A stretch of 64,000 nucleotides of DNA from positions 704,001-768,000 of the forward strand of contig OZ242184.1 in the NCBI GenBank assembly GCA_965205855.1, written 5' to 3'. How positions within the stretch are numbered: position 1 is the stretch's first letter; the number at the start of each line of letters is the position of its first letter. The DNA is from Thermodesulfobacteriota bacterium (GTDB taxonomy: Bacteria; Desulfobacterota_D; UBA1144; Nemesobacterales; Mycalebacteriaceae). The translations under genes and the position numbers were made by a program. Under the pieces are notes generated by a model, which saw nothing but the letters and a program-made list of their open reading frames with translations, was not told where the DNA came from and searched no databases. This document shows positions 53,344-63,561 of this stretch, in pieces.

Positions 53344-56300
53344 ATGAGTTGTTTCAAATTTCCTCCGTTGGTTGTCCGGACCGCTGTTTTCTTTGCGTTG
53401 TGCGCAGCGTTTTTCGTGTCGATTTCCGCCTCATTTGTCCATGCGGCGGATTTTAATTTTTTCAAATCTGGCATTGAAGAACGCATTGAAAAAGCCCTTC
53501 CCGGTTCCCGTGTTTCTATCGCACGGATAAATATGATGAGCGGCAAAGGGATTGCGATTGAAGGCTTTACCCTTTCCGTGGAGGAAAAAGAGATTGTCAG
53601 GGCAAAGAAGATTTTGTTCGGCTACGGTTTTTTTGTCTCATCGATGCTTTCCTGGAATTTTTTATCAGCCTCCGAGGTTGAGATTGAGGGGCTTGAGGTG
53701 GCTTCATCCAATCTGAGGGAAGTTTTCCGCCCTTCCCATCCGTACGGTTCCGATAAAGAAAATAATTCCGTGGACAGGGAAGAGATTATCAAACCAGGGA
53801 GCAAAACTCCGAAAATTAGAATAAGGAATTCGGTTTTCAACTTTCAAGGCGAGCGGATAGAGGTACGAGAGTCCGATATTTCTTTTGCGCACGCGGAGAA
53901 TGCAGGTGAATTTCTGATAACTTTGAAAAACGGTCATATCTCTGTTACGAGCTGGGATGCGTCAATAAAAGACCTGTCCTTGAATTTACAACTTCTTACT
54001 ATCGGAGGGTTCAGGGTCGGGTCAGTAAGCGGAAAAGGAGCCGTTAAGACCCCCGGGAAGGAAACGCGAGCGGAATTTGAAGTTACCATACCCGAAGAAG
54101 ACCCGGGCGCCGTTTGGAAGGCACGTCTGTTTTTTCAGGAAATAAATTTCCTGAATAGAAAAGGCGTTTTTTCTTTTGATTCCATTGTTTTCTCAAAAGA
54201 CGGCACTTTTTCAGTTGCCGGCAACTTGTCTCTCGGGAGTTTAAGCTCACGAGTCAGAGCTAAATTCAATACGGTTGGCGGGCAGTGGATTCCCAATCTG
54301 GGGGAAGGAACGGATTTTGAGATTGAAAGCGAAGTGTTCAAAGAAGAGTATTCTCTAGGGGTGTTGAAGGTTGGCGGGTTCATAGAAAAGAAAGACGGAC
54401 AGGTTGTTGTTTCTGGAGGTCTTTCCAAGGATTATCTGAGCAAATCGGATTTGTTCCAATATTACGGCCGTCCGGAAAAGTTTGACTTTCAGTTTTCCCT
54501 CAATGGGTACAGAGTCAGTTCGGGAAACTTGTCGGTCCGGTCTCCGCAGTTTTCAATAAAAGCGGATATTCAAACATTGAATGGCGGACGATCGGAAATT
54601 AATTACGGGATTGAAACAGAAGACATTTTTTATTTTTCCAACTTAGCGCGCGCTTTAAGGGATTACGGAATGTCAGGATTCTTCAAGTCTTCCGGCAGGA
54701 TACAAAGCCGTGGCGACGGGAAGACTTTTCTGTCAGGTAAAGCTGAAGTGGAGGATTTTGCCGCCACATTTAGGAAGAGAGTGCATATGGGTAAAGGGGA
54801 AATGAATTTTAATATCCCTATCGCAAAATTTCCTCTTGGAGAAATTTTTGTCAAATTTTCGGCAAAGGATTTTTCTTATGGGGAAATTCTGGCCAAAAAG
54901 TTGAATTTCAAACTTGAGAATCAGAACACCCATGCGGAATTTCAATTTGCTAACAACAGGTCTCTTGAGTTTGTCGCCCGAATTCGCCGTGAAAACGGCA
55001 ATATCTACGCGGATATAAAGGAAGCAGCTCTAAAGGCGAACAGTCTGGATATGTTTCTTGCCAATGAGTTTGTTATGTCAGCTTCAAAGGAAAGGGTTGA
55101 GATTGGAGATGTTGCCCTATATGGCAAAAAGTCTTCTTTCGGTTTTACGGGTTTCTACAATATTGGGAAACAACAATCCAAGGTGAATTTGGTCGCCGAT
55201 TTTTCAAATCTAAGCACTGAACTATTCGAGTATTTTCATCCGCCCCTTGAAAAACACAGGGGGGTGTTATCTGGTCAAGTCATCCTGGATGGCCGGGCGG
55301 TTCATCCAGTCGTGAATGCCAAAATTGAATACCGTAGTGCGACCGATGCCACGCGAGCGGATTTCTCCGTTGTTCGCGCTGATATTTTCAAGCGTTTCGT
55401 GGTTGGATTGTCGGTTGACAACACAGAGTCCGGAAGCTTTCTTAAACTTGACGGTGAATTCTCTTTGAGAGATAAACAATCTTTTGAAATACAGCACTTT
55501 ACAGATAATATCTTAAGTTATTCATTAATCATGAAAGCGAATAGATTCAGCATACAGCCTATTGGTTTTTTGTCGCAAAAAATACAAAACCTTGACGGTA
55601 TTTTCAGCGGTGAACTGGCCGTTGACAGTCAAAACGGAGACATAGATACCAACGGCCATATTGATATTGATAGCGCCAGAGTGAAAATCGGAGAATGGAC
55701 TGAATTGATTGCAATCAACTCCGCGCAAATGGAGTTTAAGAAGGATAAAATATTCTCCTCTCTAAGTTTGAGCGATTTTGCCGGCACAGGGGAAGTGGAG
55801 GGAACTTTCAATCTTTCAGACCTTTCATATCGGTGTGAAGCGGAACTTCAAGGGATCCGCCTTCATATAAAACACTTGCATTCGGACTTTTACGGGATGC
55901 TTTTTATTGACGGTTCTGGAAGGAACATAAGAATCAGAGGCAAAGAACTGAAGACAAAAAACGCCAATATCTGGATAAGAAAAAAATACAATATAGCGGT
56001 GAGTGGTCTGGTTTTTGTTGATTCTGTTAATGGTAGGAATTTTGCGGAAGGAAAAGAGCTGGGTTTTTTTTCTCAGACATCGGATTTGGACCTCAATCTT
56101 CTCATTTCCGAGGATACCAAGATTAATCTCGACAAAGTCAACTCTTTTTTAAAGGGAGGCCTTTCCATATTGAGAAAACCGGGAGACAACTTCAGTATAG
56201 TCAATGGCAAATTGAATCTTCTCAGAGGCTCATACAGCATATTGGGAAAACAGTTCGCAATAGACAAGGGCTCCATTTCGGTTTCCACCAGAGAACATTT

Positions 56301-56835
56301 AAGCCCAAGGGTTAACGTTAACGCCCTTTATGAAAAAGCGGGATTCTCCGTCAAAGCCAACCTTTACGGAGAAACAGACAACCTTCGCCTTCGCCTTTCA
56401 AGCGTTCCCGCCATGAAGGAGGATGAAATAATTCTCGCCCTTCTGGCTCATAACAGAGAAGAAGACGACCGCGCCATTGACGCTATTAAAAAAGTGAGAG
56501 ACAAGCAGGCCGGAGGATACTTGGCTTTTGATTACGCAGCCGATGAGCTTTTTTCTTCCATTCTTGATGGTAACAGCCTGTTTAACTTTGTGGATGTTCT
56601 CAGTATTACCAGAGAAAACAGCGGCATACTTGAGTCGGAAGTTGAAGTTGGGACATATATTACAAACAGACTTTACTTCGCATATGAACGCGACAATGAA
56701 ACCCTTCCACTTAGCACTTCCTACAAAAGCAAGTTTACCGCTCAATACAGTTTGAGCGACCGCTTTATATTTGAAGGTGTGGCAGGAGGGATTACTCCGG
56801 GAGGGAACCTTCTTTTTAACTATGATTTCCGATAA
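53344..56835 (+). CDS. tamB: TamB/DUF490 (AsmA-like) protein
   Basis: N-terminal anchor, long beta-rich body and C-terminal L.L.S.P...EDEIILAL...VGTYIT. Confidence 0.75.
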   Translation: MSCFKFPPLVVRTAVFFALCAAFFVSISASFVHAADFNFFKSGIEERIEKALPGSRVSIARINMMSGKGIAIEGFTLSVEEKEIVRAKKILFGYGFFVSSMLSWNFLSASEVEIEGLEVASSNLREVFRPSHPYGSDKENNSVDREEIIKPGSKTPKIRIRNSVFNFQGERIEVRESDISFAHAENAGEFLITLKNGHISVTSWDASIKDLSLNLQLLTIGGFRVGSVSGKGAVKTPGKETRAEFEVTIPEEDPGAVWKARLFFQEINFLNRKGVFSFDSIVFSKDGTFSVAGNLSLGSLSSRVRAKFNTVGGQWIPNLGEGTDFEIESEVFKEEYSLGVLKVGGFIEKKDGQVVVSGGLSKDYLSKSDLFQYYGRPEKFDFQFSLNGYRVSSGNLSVRSPQFSIKADIQTLNGGRSEINYGIETEDIFYFSNLARALRDYGMSGFFKSSGRIQSRGDGKTFLSGKAEVEDFAATFRKRVHMGKGEMNFNIPIAKFPLGEIFVKFSAKDFSYGEILAKKLNFKLENQNTHAEFQFANNRSLEFVARIRRENGNIYADIKEAALKANSLDMFLANEFVMSASKERVEIGDVALYGKKSSFGFTGFYNIGKQQSKVNLVADFSNLSTELFEYFHPPLEKHRGVLSGQVILDGRAVHPVVNAKIEYRSATDATRADFSVVRADIFKRFVVGLSVDNTESGSFLKLDGEFSLRDKQSFEIQHFTDNILSYSLIMKANRFSIQPIGFLSQKIQNLDGIFSGELAVDSQNGDIDTNGHIDIDSARVKIGEWTELIAINSAQMEFKKDKIFSSLSLSDFAGTGEVEGTFNLSDLSYRCEAELQGIRLHIKHLHSDFYGMLFIDGSGRNIRIRGKELKTKNANIWIRKKYNIAVSGLVFVDSVNGRNFAEGKELGFFSQTSDLDLNLLISEDTKINLDKVNSFLKGGLSILRKPGDNFSIVNGKLNLLRGSYSILGKQFAIDKGSISVSTREHLSPRVNVNALYEKAGFSVKANLYGETDNLRLRLSSVPAMKEDEIILALLAHNREEDDRAIDAIKKVRDKQAGGYLAFDYAADELFSSILDGNSLFNFVDVLSITRENSGILESEVEVGTYITNRLYFAYERDNETLPLSTSYKSKFTAQYSLSDRFIFEGVAGGITPGGNLLFNYDFR

Positions 56836-56847
56836 AAATCTCCAGAT

Positions 56848-57696
56848 TCAGAGAAGTATTGCGAATATATAGAAAACCGGAAATACAAATATCATTCCGT
56901 CAAAACGGTCAAAAAAGCCGCCGTGTCCCGGTAGCAGATTACCCGAATCCTTTACATCGCAATCTCTTTTCACGGCGGACTCAATGAGGTCTCCCGTTAC
57001 CGAAGACAGCCCGGCGAGCAAGCCAAGAGCATAGGCGGGCAAGATTGGTAGCGGAGAGCCGAAAGCCGAGTTTGTCAGAGCTCCGGCGATAGTAGCGGCG
57101 ACAACTCCAGCGATTCCTCCTTCAATAGTTTTGCCCGGGCTTATGTTGGGAACAATTTTTTTTGTGCCTTTCCATTTTCCTATAAAAAAAGCCACAGAAT
57201 CGTTTACCGCTCCGCATATAAAAGCCGTGGCGACAAAGAAAAAACCCGCGTCATTTGTCAAAAAAGACACTATTGTCCAATCAGCCGGCATTGCAGAGTC
57301 AATGTTTCTCAAAAGAACCGCGGAGCCGGTCATTGTCCCGAGAAGCGTTATAAAGGCAAGAGATATCCCGACTTCTCTCATATATCCCGATATGTTTTTC
57401 CTTTTCTTTAATGCGTGCCCTATAAAAATTCCCATTGCTGAGACGTAGAGAGCGATTAAAAAGTATTCAATTCCCGCATATGCTCCCGCCAACATAAGCA
57501 AGACTGAGGCCATCAACAACTCTTTTCTCGCGCTTAGTCCGTTGGACGCGAGAATACCGTGAAGCTCAACGGCGGCGGCAATTGATATACAACCCATCAG
57601 AAATAGAAAATACATACCGCCCAAATAGGAAAGAACCCCTATAAGAACTATCAATACTGACGCGGTTAAAATTCTTTTTCCAGAGTCGCCTTTCAT
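56848..57696 (-). CDS. cdsA: Phosphatidate cytidylyltransferase
   Basis: ISPGKTIEG and GDLIES..KR...KDSG...PGHGG..DRFD. Confidence 0.95.
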   Translation of the reverse strand: MKGDSGKRILTASVLIVLIGVLSYLGGMYFLFLMGCISIAAAVELHGILASNGLSARKELLMASVLLMLAGAYAGIEYFLIALYVSAMGIFIGHALKKRKNISGYMREVGISLAFITLLGTMTGSAVLLRNIDSAMPADWTIVSFLTNDAGFFFVATAFICGAVNDSVAFFIGKWKGTKKIVPNISPGKTIEGGIAGVVAATIAGALTNSAFGSPLPILPAYALGLLAGLSSVTGDLIESAVKRDCDVKDSGNLLPGHGGFFDRFDGMIFVFPVFYIFAILL

Positions 57697-57741
57697 CTGG
57701 CGGTTATTGTACATCACAAATCGTTTCTTTTTGATGAAAAG

Positions 57742-58596
57742 CTATGTCCACCCGCAATCGTGCCTGATTTTCTTAAGCGCTTTTACATCCATCGCGCATT
57801 GAGGCGGGGGCGTTTCCACGATAATATCCGCATGTCCGAAACAGTTGCGTAAAAGGTTCGAAAACAAAACTTTAAATCCCTTTTTCCCTATCTTACCCAG
57901 TCCTATGTGTTCATGACGATCTTTACGTGAACCCAAATCAACCTTTGAGTCATTGCAGTGTAAAAGTCTTATTCGTTCCGAAGAAAAGGTCTTATTGATA
58001 TTTCTCAGGGTTTCTTCAAATCCTTCGTGCGACCTTATGTCATATCCTGCGCCAAAAAGGTGTGCAGTATCAAGGCAAACTTCCAGACAGTCGTGGTTTG
58101 CTTTATCCAGAATTTCCGCGATTTCCTCAAATTGATCGCAGAGAGAGCCTCCCTGTCCCGCGGAATTCTCAATTAGAAGTCTTGTTCCCAGTCCGCCGGT
58201 TCTGTCCAGAATTTCTCTCAGTGACAGCGCGGCTTTTGTGATTGCTTCTTTTCTTTTCATCCCCGAGGAACTTCCGATATGGGTTACTGCGCAAGCCGCG
58301 CCGAGAGAGTCCGAACGTTCGAGGTCTTCAACTATTATATTGACCGATTTTTTTCTGATTCCGGTGTCCGCGGATGCAAGGTTGATAATGTAAGGCGTGT
58401 GAACATAGAAATTTGAAATGCCAACCTCACCGCAATCGGACACAAATTTTTCCACAGTTGACTTGTGGAGCTTAGGCGCCTCTCCTCCTCTGGGCGAACG
58501 GGTGAATATCTGAAAGCATTCGCATCCCGCCTCCGCAGCGCGGCGGGGAGATTTTTCAATTCCACCGCTAATTGATATATGGCATCCTATTTTCAT
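57742..58596 (-). CDS. nfo: Endonuclease IV
   Basis: GCHISI.GG, QIF, H.PY.INL, EN.AGQG, DTAH and DRHEHIG. Confidence 0.94.
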   Translation of the reverse strand: MKIGCHISISGGIEKSPRRAAEAGCECFQIFTRSPRGGEAPKLHKSTVEKFVSDCGEVGISNFYVHTPYIINLASADTGIRKKSVNIIVEDLERSDSLGAACAVTHIGSSSGMKRKEAITKAALSLREILDRTGGLGTRLLIENSAGQGGSLCDQFEEIAEILDKANHDCLEVCLDTAHLFGAGYDIRSHEGFEETLRNINKTFSSERIRLLHCNDSKVDLGSRKDRHEHIGLGKIGKKGFKVLFSNLLRNCFGHADIIVETPPPQCAMDVKALKKIRHDCGWT

Positions 58597-58667
58597 TGTT
58601 CCGATGTTCGCAATACTCAACTGTATATATATAATAACGTCTCCATACCAGGCGAGGTGTAGAATTA

Positions 58668-59228
58668 ATGGTTCCGGCCACAGCTTTTGTTACGAGAGGG
58701 ATGGGAAAAAGCAAGGAAAAACTTGCCAGTTTTGAGATGGCTCTCCGCGATGCCAGAATAGCCCAATTCAATCTCGTCAGAGTCTCCAGCATTTTTCCTC
58801 CTTATTGCCATCTCATACCGCGTTCGAAAGGTGTTTCCCTTCTTTCTCCGGGGCAAGTGCTTCATGTGGTAATGAGTGAAAACGCAACAAATGAGCCAAA
58901 CAGGCTTCTTGCCGCATCCGCAGGGATTGCCATACCAAATGAACAAGGCAGATTCGGTTATATCTCAGAGCATCACAGCTTCGGACAGAATAAATCTCAG
59001 GCCGGAGAATACGCGGAAGACCTTGCGGCATATATGCTTGCAACCACTTTGGGAGCACCTTTCAATCTTGATAAAAGTTACGACGAACAGAAAGATATAT
59101 GGAAGATAAGCGGACACGATGTCAAAACGCAAAACATAACACAGTGCGCGTTTGGAGATAAGAAGGGACTCTGGACAACCGTAGTGGCGGCAGTGGTTTT
59201 TTCTTCATATGTCTCATCGGACAATTGA
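58668..59228 (+). CDS. Pyruvoyl-dependent arginine decarboxylase
   Basis: SFEMALRDA..NLVRVSSIFPP (Ser-Ser cleavage site) and GYISEHH. Confidence 0.9.
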   Translation: MVPATAFVTRGMGKSKEKLASFEMALRDARIAQFNLVRVSSIFPPYCHLIPRSKGVSLLSPGQVLHVVMSENATNEPNRLLAASAGIAIPNEQGRFGYISEHHSFGQNKSQAGEYAEDLAAYMLATTLGAPFNLDKSYDEQKDIWKISGHDVKTQNITQCAFGDKKGLWTTVVAAVVFSSYVSSDN

Positions 59229-59245
59229 TTTTGCCCCGGTTGATT

Positions 59246-60517
59246 TTATTCTCTTGTCTGCCCGTTTCCTTTTATCAAAAACTTTTCCGATGTGAGTTCT
59301 TTCAACCCCATGGGCCCAAAGGCGTGAATCTTTGTGGTGCTTATTCCAATCTCAGCTCCCATTCCAAGTTGAAAACCGTCGTTGAATCGTGTTGAGGCGT
59401 TGTGCATTACGGCTGAAGACTCCACATTGCGCAGAAACAGACGCGCATTTTCATCATCTTCGGTAATAATGGAATCCGTATGCATTGACCCGTATTTGCT
59501 TATGTGCCGCATGGCATCGTCAATATTTTTTACAACACGGACGTTGAGAACAAGTCCCAGATGCTCCGTTTCCCAGTCCTGTTCGGAAGCCGGCGCGGCT
59601 TGAGGTGCCAACGAAAGCGTTTGAGGACAACCTTTCAAAATGACTCCGTTTTTTCTCATTTGTCCGGCGACTTCTGGCACAAACCTTCCGGCGGCTTTCT
59701 CATGCACAAGCATTGTTTCCATCGCGTTGCAAACCCCGGGACGCTGAATTTTTGAGTTAACGCAAATATCAACCGCCATTGCTGTTTCTGCGGATTCGTC
59801 CACAAATATATGACAGACTCCCTTGTAGTGTTTCAGGACCGGTATTGACGAGTTTTCCGTAACAAATCTGATAAGTTGTTCTCCACCTCTTGGGATTATA
59901 AGGTCTATCATTCCGTCCATTTTCAGCATTTCCAAGATTATTTTTCTGTCCGGGTCGGAAACCACATTGACCGCGCCGGGGTGAATTCCCGTATCAGAGA
60001 AGCAACCGCGTATAACACCGCCGATGGCGATATTTGAGTACAATGCTTCGGATCCTCCTCTCAAAATTACACAATTTCCGGATTTCAGGCATAAAGCCGC
60101 CGCGTCCGCGGTAACATTGGGTCTCGATTCATAAACTATTCCAATTACACCGAGAGGGATTCTCATTTTTTCAACAATAAGACCATTGGGTCTTTTTGAG
60201 AAAGGAGAAATTTGTCCCACAGGGTCTTCAAGTTCCGCGACTTGCTCTATCCCTTCGGATATCGCTCCAAGGACTTTGTCATCAAGTATGAGCCTGTCTA
60301 TCAGAGCAGACTGCATTCCTTTTTTTTCCGCTTCGGCTATATCCTTGGCGTTTTCCGTAAATATCTGTTCACGGTTTCTCACAAGTTCGCGGGCAATTGC
60401 TCTCAACGCTTTGTTCTTTGTTGATGAATCACAGGTGCTCAGAGTCTGCGAGGCGTCTTTGGCTTCGGAGGCAATTTTAGCCATCAAAGAAGTGTTTGTG
60501 GGATTGTTTTTTGGCAT
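59246..60517 (-). CDS. proA: Gamma-glutamyl phosphate reductase
   Basis: YESRPNVT, PRGG, CNAMET and NASTRFNDG...GAEIGIST. Confidence 0.96.
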   Translation of the reverse strand: MPKNNPTNTSLMAKIASEAKDASQTLSTCDSSTKNKALRAIARELVRNREQIFTENAKDIAEAEKKGMQSALIDRLILDDKVLGAISEGIEQVAELEDPVGQISPFSKRPNGLIVEKMRIPLGVIGIVYESRPNVTADAAALCLKSGNCVILRGGSEALYSNIAIGGVIRGCFSDTGIHPGAVNVVSDPDRKIILEMLKMDGMIDLIIPRGGEQLIRFVTENSSIPVLKHYKGVCHIFVDESAETAMAVDICVNSKIQRPGVCNAMETMLVHEKAAGRFVPEVAGQMRKNGVILKGCPQTLSLAPQAAPASEQDWETEHLGLVLNVRVVKNIDDAMRHISKYGSMHTDSIITEDDENARLFLRNVESSAVMHNASTRFNDGFQLGMGAEIGISTTKIHAFGPMGLKELTSEKFLIKGNGQTRE

Positions 60518-60636
60518 TTCCGGAACCGCTGTGCAAGTAGGATAATACGGAGAGCTTTTTATCGCAAGGCGGGCCGGACGTAGTCCGTTCCATTGCTTAT
60601 CGTGGAGCTTGGGAAATTAAATGAAGCGACAAGAGT

Positions 60637-60875
60637 TTAAATTGTACTAACGAGCTCGGTGTGTCCGGTTGTGAGAATCTCTTTTTTGTTTATGATTTCA
60701 ACCTGAATCGTGGACTCGGAAAGAGTTTTTCCCTCAATCCTTGTGACGAAAGTTACAACTTCTTTCACATCGGCAAATTCTTTTGAATACCGTTCTGTCT
60801 CAAGCTTGTGCGGGCAAGGGGAAAGCCATAGAAAGCGTCAAAGTCCAAACCAGCTTGGATGACTGTTTTTCCATA
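60637..60875 (-). pseudogene. Possible degraded hotdog-fold acyl-CoA thioesterase remnant
   Basis: Two frames (IQAGLDFDAFYGFPL / HKLETERY...EVVTFVTRIEGKT...KKEILTTGHTELVS) loosely resemble YbgC/4HBT. Frameshifted, with no start. Confidence 0.35.
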
Positions 60876-60916
60876 AACAATTCCCAATGTTATGATAGTT
60901 AAAAAAGATTATTTCG

Positions 60917-61534
60917 TCAGACTATTTTTTTGTTTCTTAAATGTTCAAGTATCTTCTCGGCGCTTTGCTTCACATCTTCTTCGTCGGTGTTAACAACTAT
61001 CTCAGGATTTGAAGGTTCTTCATAAGGGTCGTCAATACCAGTAAACCCTTTTATTTCCCCTGCCCTGGCTTTTTTATAGAGCCCTTTAACATCTCTTTTT
61101 TCGCATTCTTCAACCGGGCAGCGCACAAAAACTTCAACAAACTCACCGTCTTCAAGCAGGTTTCGCACCGCGTCCCTATCTCTTCTGTAGGGAGAAACAA
61201 ACGCGGAAAGGGTTATAATTCCGGCGTCAACAAAAAGTTTAGAAACTTCCCCTATCCTTCTTATATTTTCCGCCCTGTCCTCTTCCGAGAAACCAAGCCC
61301 TTTACATAAACCGGTCCTGATGTTGTCCCCGTCCAGTATGTAGGTTTTGAGGCCTTTACCCGCAAGTTTCTTCTCAACTTCACCTGCAATCGTTGATTTT
61401 CCCGATGACGGCAACCCCGTGAACCAGACAACAACGGAACCGTGACCGTTTGCCTTTCTTCTGTCGTCTTTGGTTATTGAATGTTCGTGAGGGATGATGA
61501 ATTTCTGTTCCAAATGAGAAAATACTCCTGTCAA
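60917..61534 (-). CDS. cysC: Adenylyl-sulfate kinase
   Basis: WFTGLPSSGKST, LDGDNIR, RD.KGLY and FTGIDDPYE. Confidence 0.95.
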   Translation of the reverse strand: MTGVFSHLEQKFIIPHEHSITKDDRRKANGHGSVVVWFTGLPSSGKSTIAGEVEKKLAGKGLKTYILDGDNIRTGLCKGLGFSEEDRAENIRRIGEVSKLFVDAGIITLSAFVSPYRRDRDAVRNLLEDGEFVEVFVRCPVEECEKRDVKGLYKKARAGEIKGFTGIDDPYEEPSNPEIVVNTDEEDVKQSAEKILEHLRNKKIV

Positions 61535-61628
61535 TAATCAATTTCCGGTAAACAAACACCAGTAGCGGGAACCACATGCTACTGTATAAGCGCTTGACAG
61601 TCAAGAAAGAGAAATAAAACGCGGCGAG

Positions 61629-61657
61629 TTGACAGTTTATCTTCAAGTTACGATAAT
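61629..61657 (+). promoter_or_regulatory. Sigma70 promoter for ndk
   Basis: TTGACA-N17-GATAAT about 30 nt before the ATG. Confidence 0.6.
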
Positions 61658-61687
61658 ATGCGCAGTTTTTGTCTTCTGGAGGAACAT

Positions 61688-62101
61688 ATGCAAGAAACAC
61701 TGTTAATAATCAAACCTGATGCTGTGTCAAAAAATCTTGTGGGAAAAATCGTGGGAATATTTGAGGAGAAAGGTAGTTCGGTTGCCGCGTTGAAAATGAT
61801 GCGGATGACCAAAAAGCAGGCGGAAGAATTTTACGCGGAGCACAGTGAAAGACCGTTCTTCTCAAGTTTGACCGATTTTATGTCATCAGGCCCTTGTGTT
61901 GTTATGGTTCTTGGAGGCGGTGGGGTAATAGAGAAAGTGAGAAAAATTATGGGCGCAACTAATCCGGCCGAAGCGGAAGAAGGAACCATAAGGAAACTTT
62001 ACGCAGAAAGCATTGAAAAAAATGCCGTCCACGGTTCGGATAGCCCCGAATCGGCGGTGCGGGAGATTGGATACTTTTTCAGTTCAGTTGATATCCTCTG
62101 A
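61688..62101 (+). CDS. ndk: Nucleoside diphosphate kinase
   Basis: IIKPDAV, GATNP and NAVHGSDS. GGAGG RBS. Confidence 0.97.
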   Translation: MQETLLIIKPDAVSKNLVGKIVGIFEEKGSSVAALKMMRMTKKQAEEFYAEHSERPFFSSLTDFMSSGPCVVMVLGGGGVIEKVRKIMGATNPAEAEEGTIRKLYAESIEKNAVHGSDSPESAVREIGYFFSSVDIL

Positions 62102-62130
62102 CTAATTCGGCGGCGCATTACGGAAAAATT

Positions 62131-63123
62131 TTGAAACCGGAAAACAAATCAGAAAATTTCCCTTTCAAGCCAGTTTGCCTTGTCAGAGGCAACCAGACTT
62201 TCCTTGCCGACAGATTTGTTGAAGAGACTTCAAATCAATTTCTCAAAGATACGAATTCAACTGATATATCGGTAATGTATGCCGATGAAACTCCCGTTTC
62301 AGAAGTTTTGTCTGCGGCATCCAACCTTTCTATCTTTTCGCTGAAAAAGGTGATTGTACTAAAACGTGCGGAAACCCTTGGCAATAAATCACTCTCGCTT
62401 GTCGTAGAATATTCGGATTCACCCGCGCCTCACACATATATCATTCTTGTTTCAGGCGATTCTTCAAAACCGGACTTCAAGTCCGCAAAAGGGATTTTTG
62501 TTAAAAACATTGACCGGGATTCAAAAAAAATTCACGAAGAAGCAATTGAAGAAGCGAACAGAATGGGTTTACAGCTAAGGGCTTCCGCTTCTGTTTACCT
62601 GTGCGAACTTGTCGGCGACGATTTGAACATTATCAAGAGCGAACTTGTTAAAATTGCCGAGACATACCGCCCCGGAGCGTACATAGGCAGAGAGGAGATT
62701 GACAATATCCTTGAGCGTCGCGAATCAAGAGGTGTATTTGACTTGACAAATGCCGTCGCGGACGGAAAAAGAAAAGAGTCTCTCTCCATTCTCGCAGAGG
62801 TTGCGTCTCAGAATCAGATTGAGCCGCTGCTGATTTTCTCCGCTGTTTCTTCAAGAATACGGAACATTCTCAGAGCCACCGCTATCAGGTCAAATTCTCC
62901 CGGAAAGTCTCCGGAAGAGCAGAAGAAATTTATAGCGAAAAAATTAAAAATTAAACCCGGAGCCGCCCATTTTCTCTGGAAACAGTCGCGCAATTTCACG
63001 ATATCTGATATTCCCCAAATTATGGAGAATCTTTCTGATACGGATAAGGCTCTTAAAAGCTCGCGCCGTTCCTCAAGCTATGAAGCGCTTGTAAGGATGA
63101 TTCTTAATCTGTTTGCGAAGTAA
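62131..63123 (+). CDS. holA: DNA polymerase III delta subunit
   Basis: VGDDL..IKSEL.K, VFDLTNAV and D.ALKSS. Convergent with rpsT as is usual. Confidence 0.85.
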   Translation: MKPENKSENFPFKPVCLVRGNQTFLADRFVEETSNQFLKDTNSTDISVMYADETPVSEVLSAASNLSIFSLKKVIVLKRAETLGNKSLSLVVEYSDSPAPHTYIILVSGDSSKPDFKSAKGIFVKNIDRDSKKIHEEAIEEANRMGLQLRASASVYLCELVGDDLNIIKSELVKIAETYRPGAYIGREEIDNILERRESRGVFDLTNAVADGKRKESLSILAEVASQNQIEPLLIFSAVSSRIRNILRATAIRSNSPGKSPEEQKKFIAKKLKIKPGAAHFLWKQSRNFTISDIPQIMENLSDTDKALKSSRRSSSYEALVRMILNLFAK

Positions 63124-63430
63124 CGGCAACGCCGCCACTTTCCTGCGATGAGGGAGTGGATGCCGAAGAAATAATATGAAGTTTTCGCGACATTTTTGCC
63201 ACATTCTTTGAGGCGTTTTTCTTATGTATAACACCCTTTGAAGCGGCTTTGTCAAATGCGGAAATAAGACCTCGAAAAATGGAGTCTGCAGTTGAAAAGT
63301 CTTTTGCTTCAACGGCCGCGAGAAAGCTCTTTGTTTTTGTTCTAAGGGAAGATTTGATAAATCTGTTTCTCGCCCGCTTCTTAACGCTCTGTCTGTGTTT
63401 TTTCTTTGCAGATTTAATACGTAAAGCCAT
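63104..63430 (-). CDS. rpsT: 30S ribosomal protein S20
   Basis: IKSAKK..RQ..K.R.RN and [14 protein letters not shown]. Confidence 0.95.
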   Translation of the reverse strand: MALRIKSAKKKHRQSVKKRARNRFIKSSLRTKTKSFLAAVEAKDFSTADSIFRGLISAFDKAASKGVIHKKNASKNVAKMSRKLHIISSASTPSSQESGGVAVTSQTD

Positions 63431-63466
63431 TGCCGTTTCCGTCTCTCCATTCCGTAGAGTTCGCAC

Positions 63467-63495
63467 AGTATGCGCTCGGAAGCGCGTTTTGTCAA
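63467..63495 (-). promoter_or_regulatory. Sigma70 promoter for rpsT
   Basis: TTGACA-N17-CATACT. Confidence 0.6.
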
Positions 63496-63561
63496 GAAAA
63501 GCAACACCAGTTTGCAAGTCCGTGCCATTGTATGATAGCTTTTGTCAGAAGAGAGAACACG

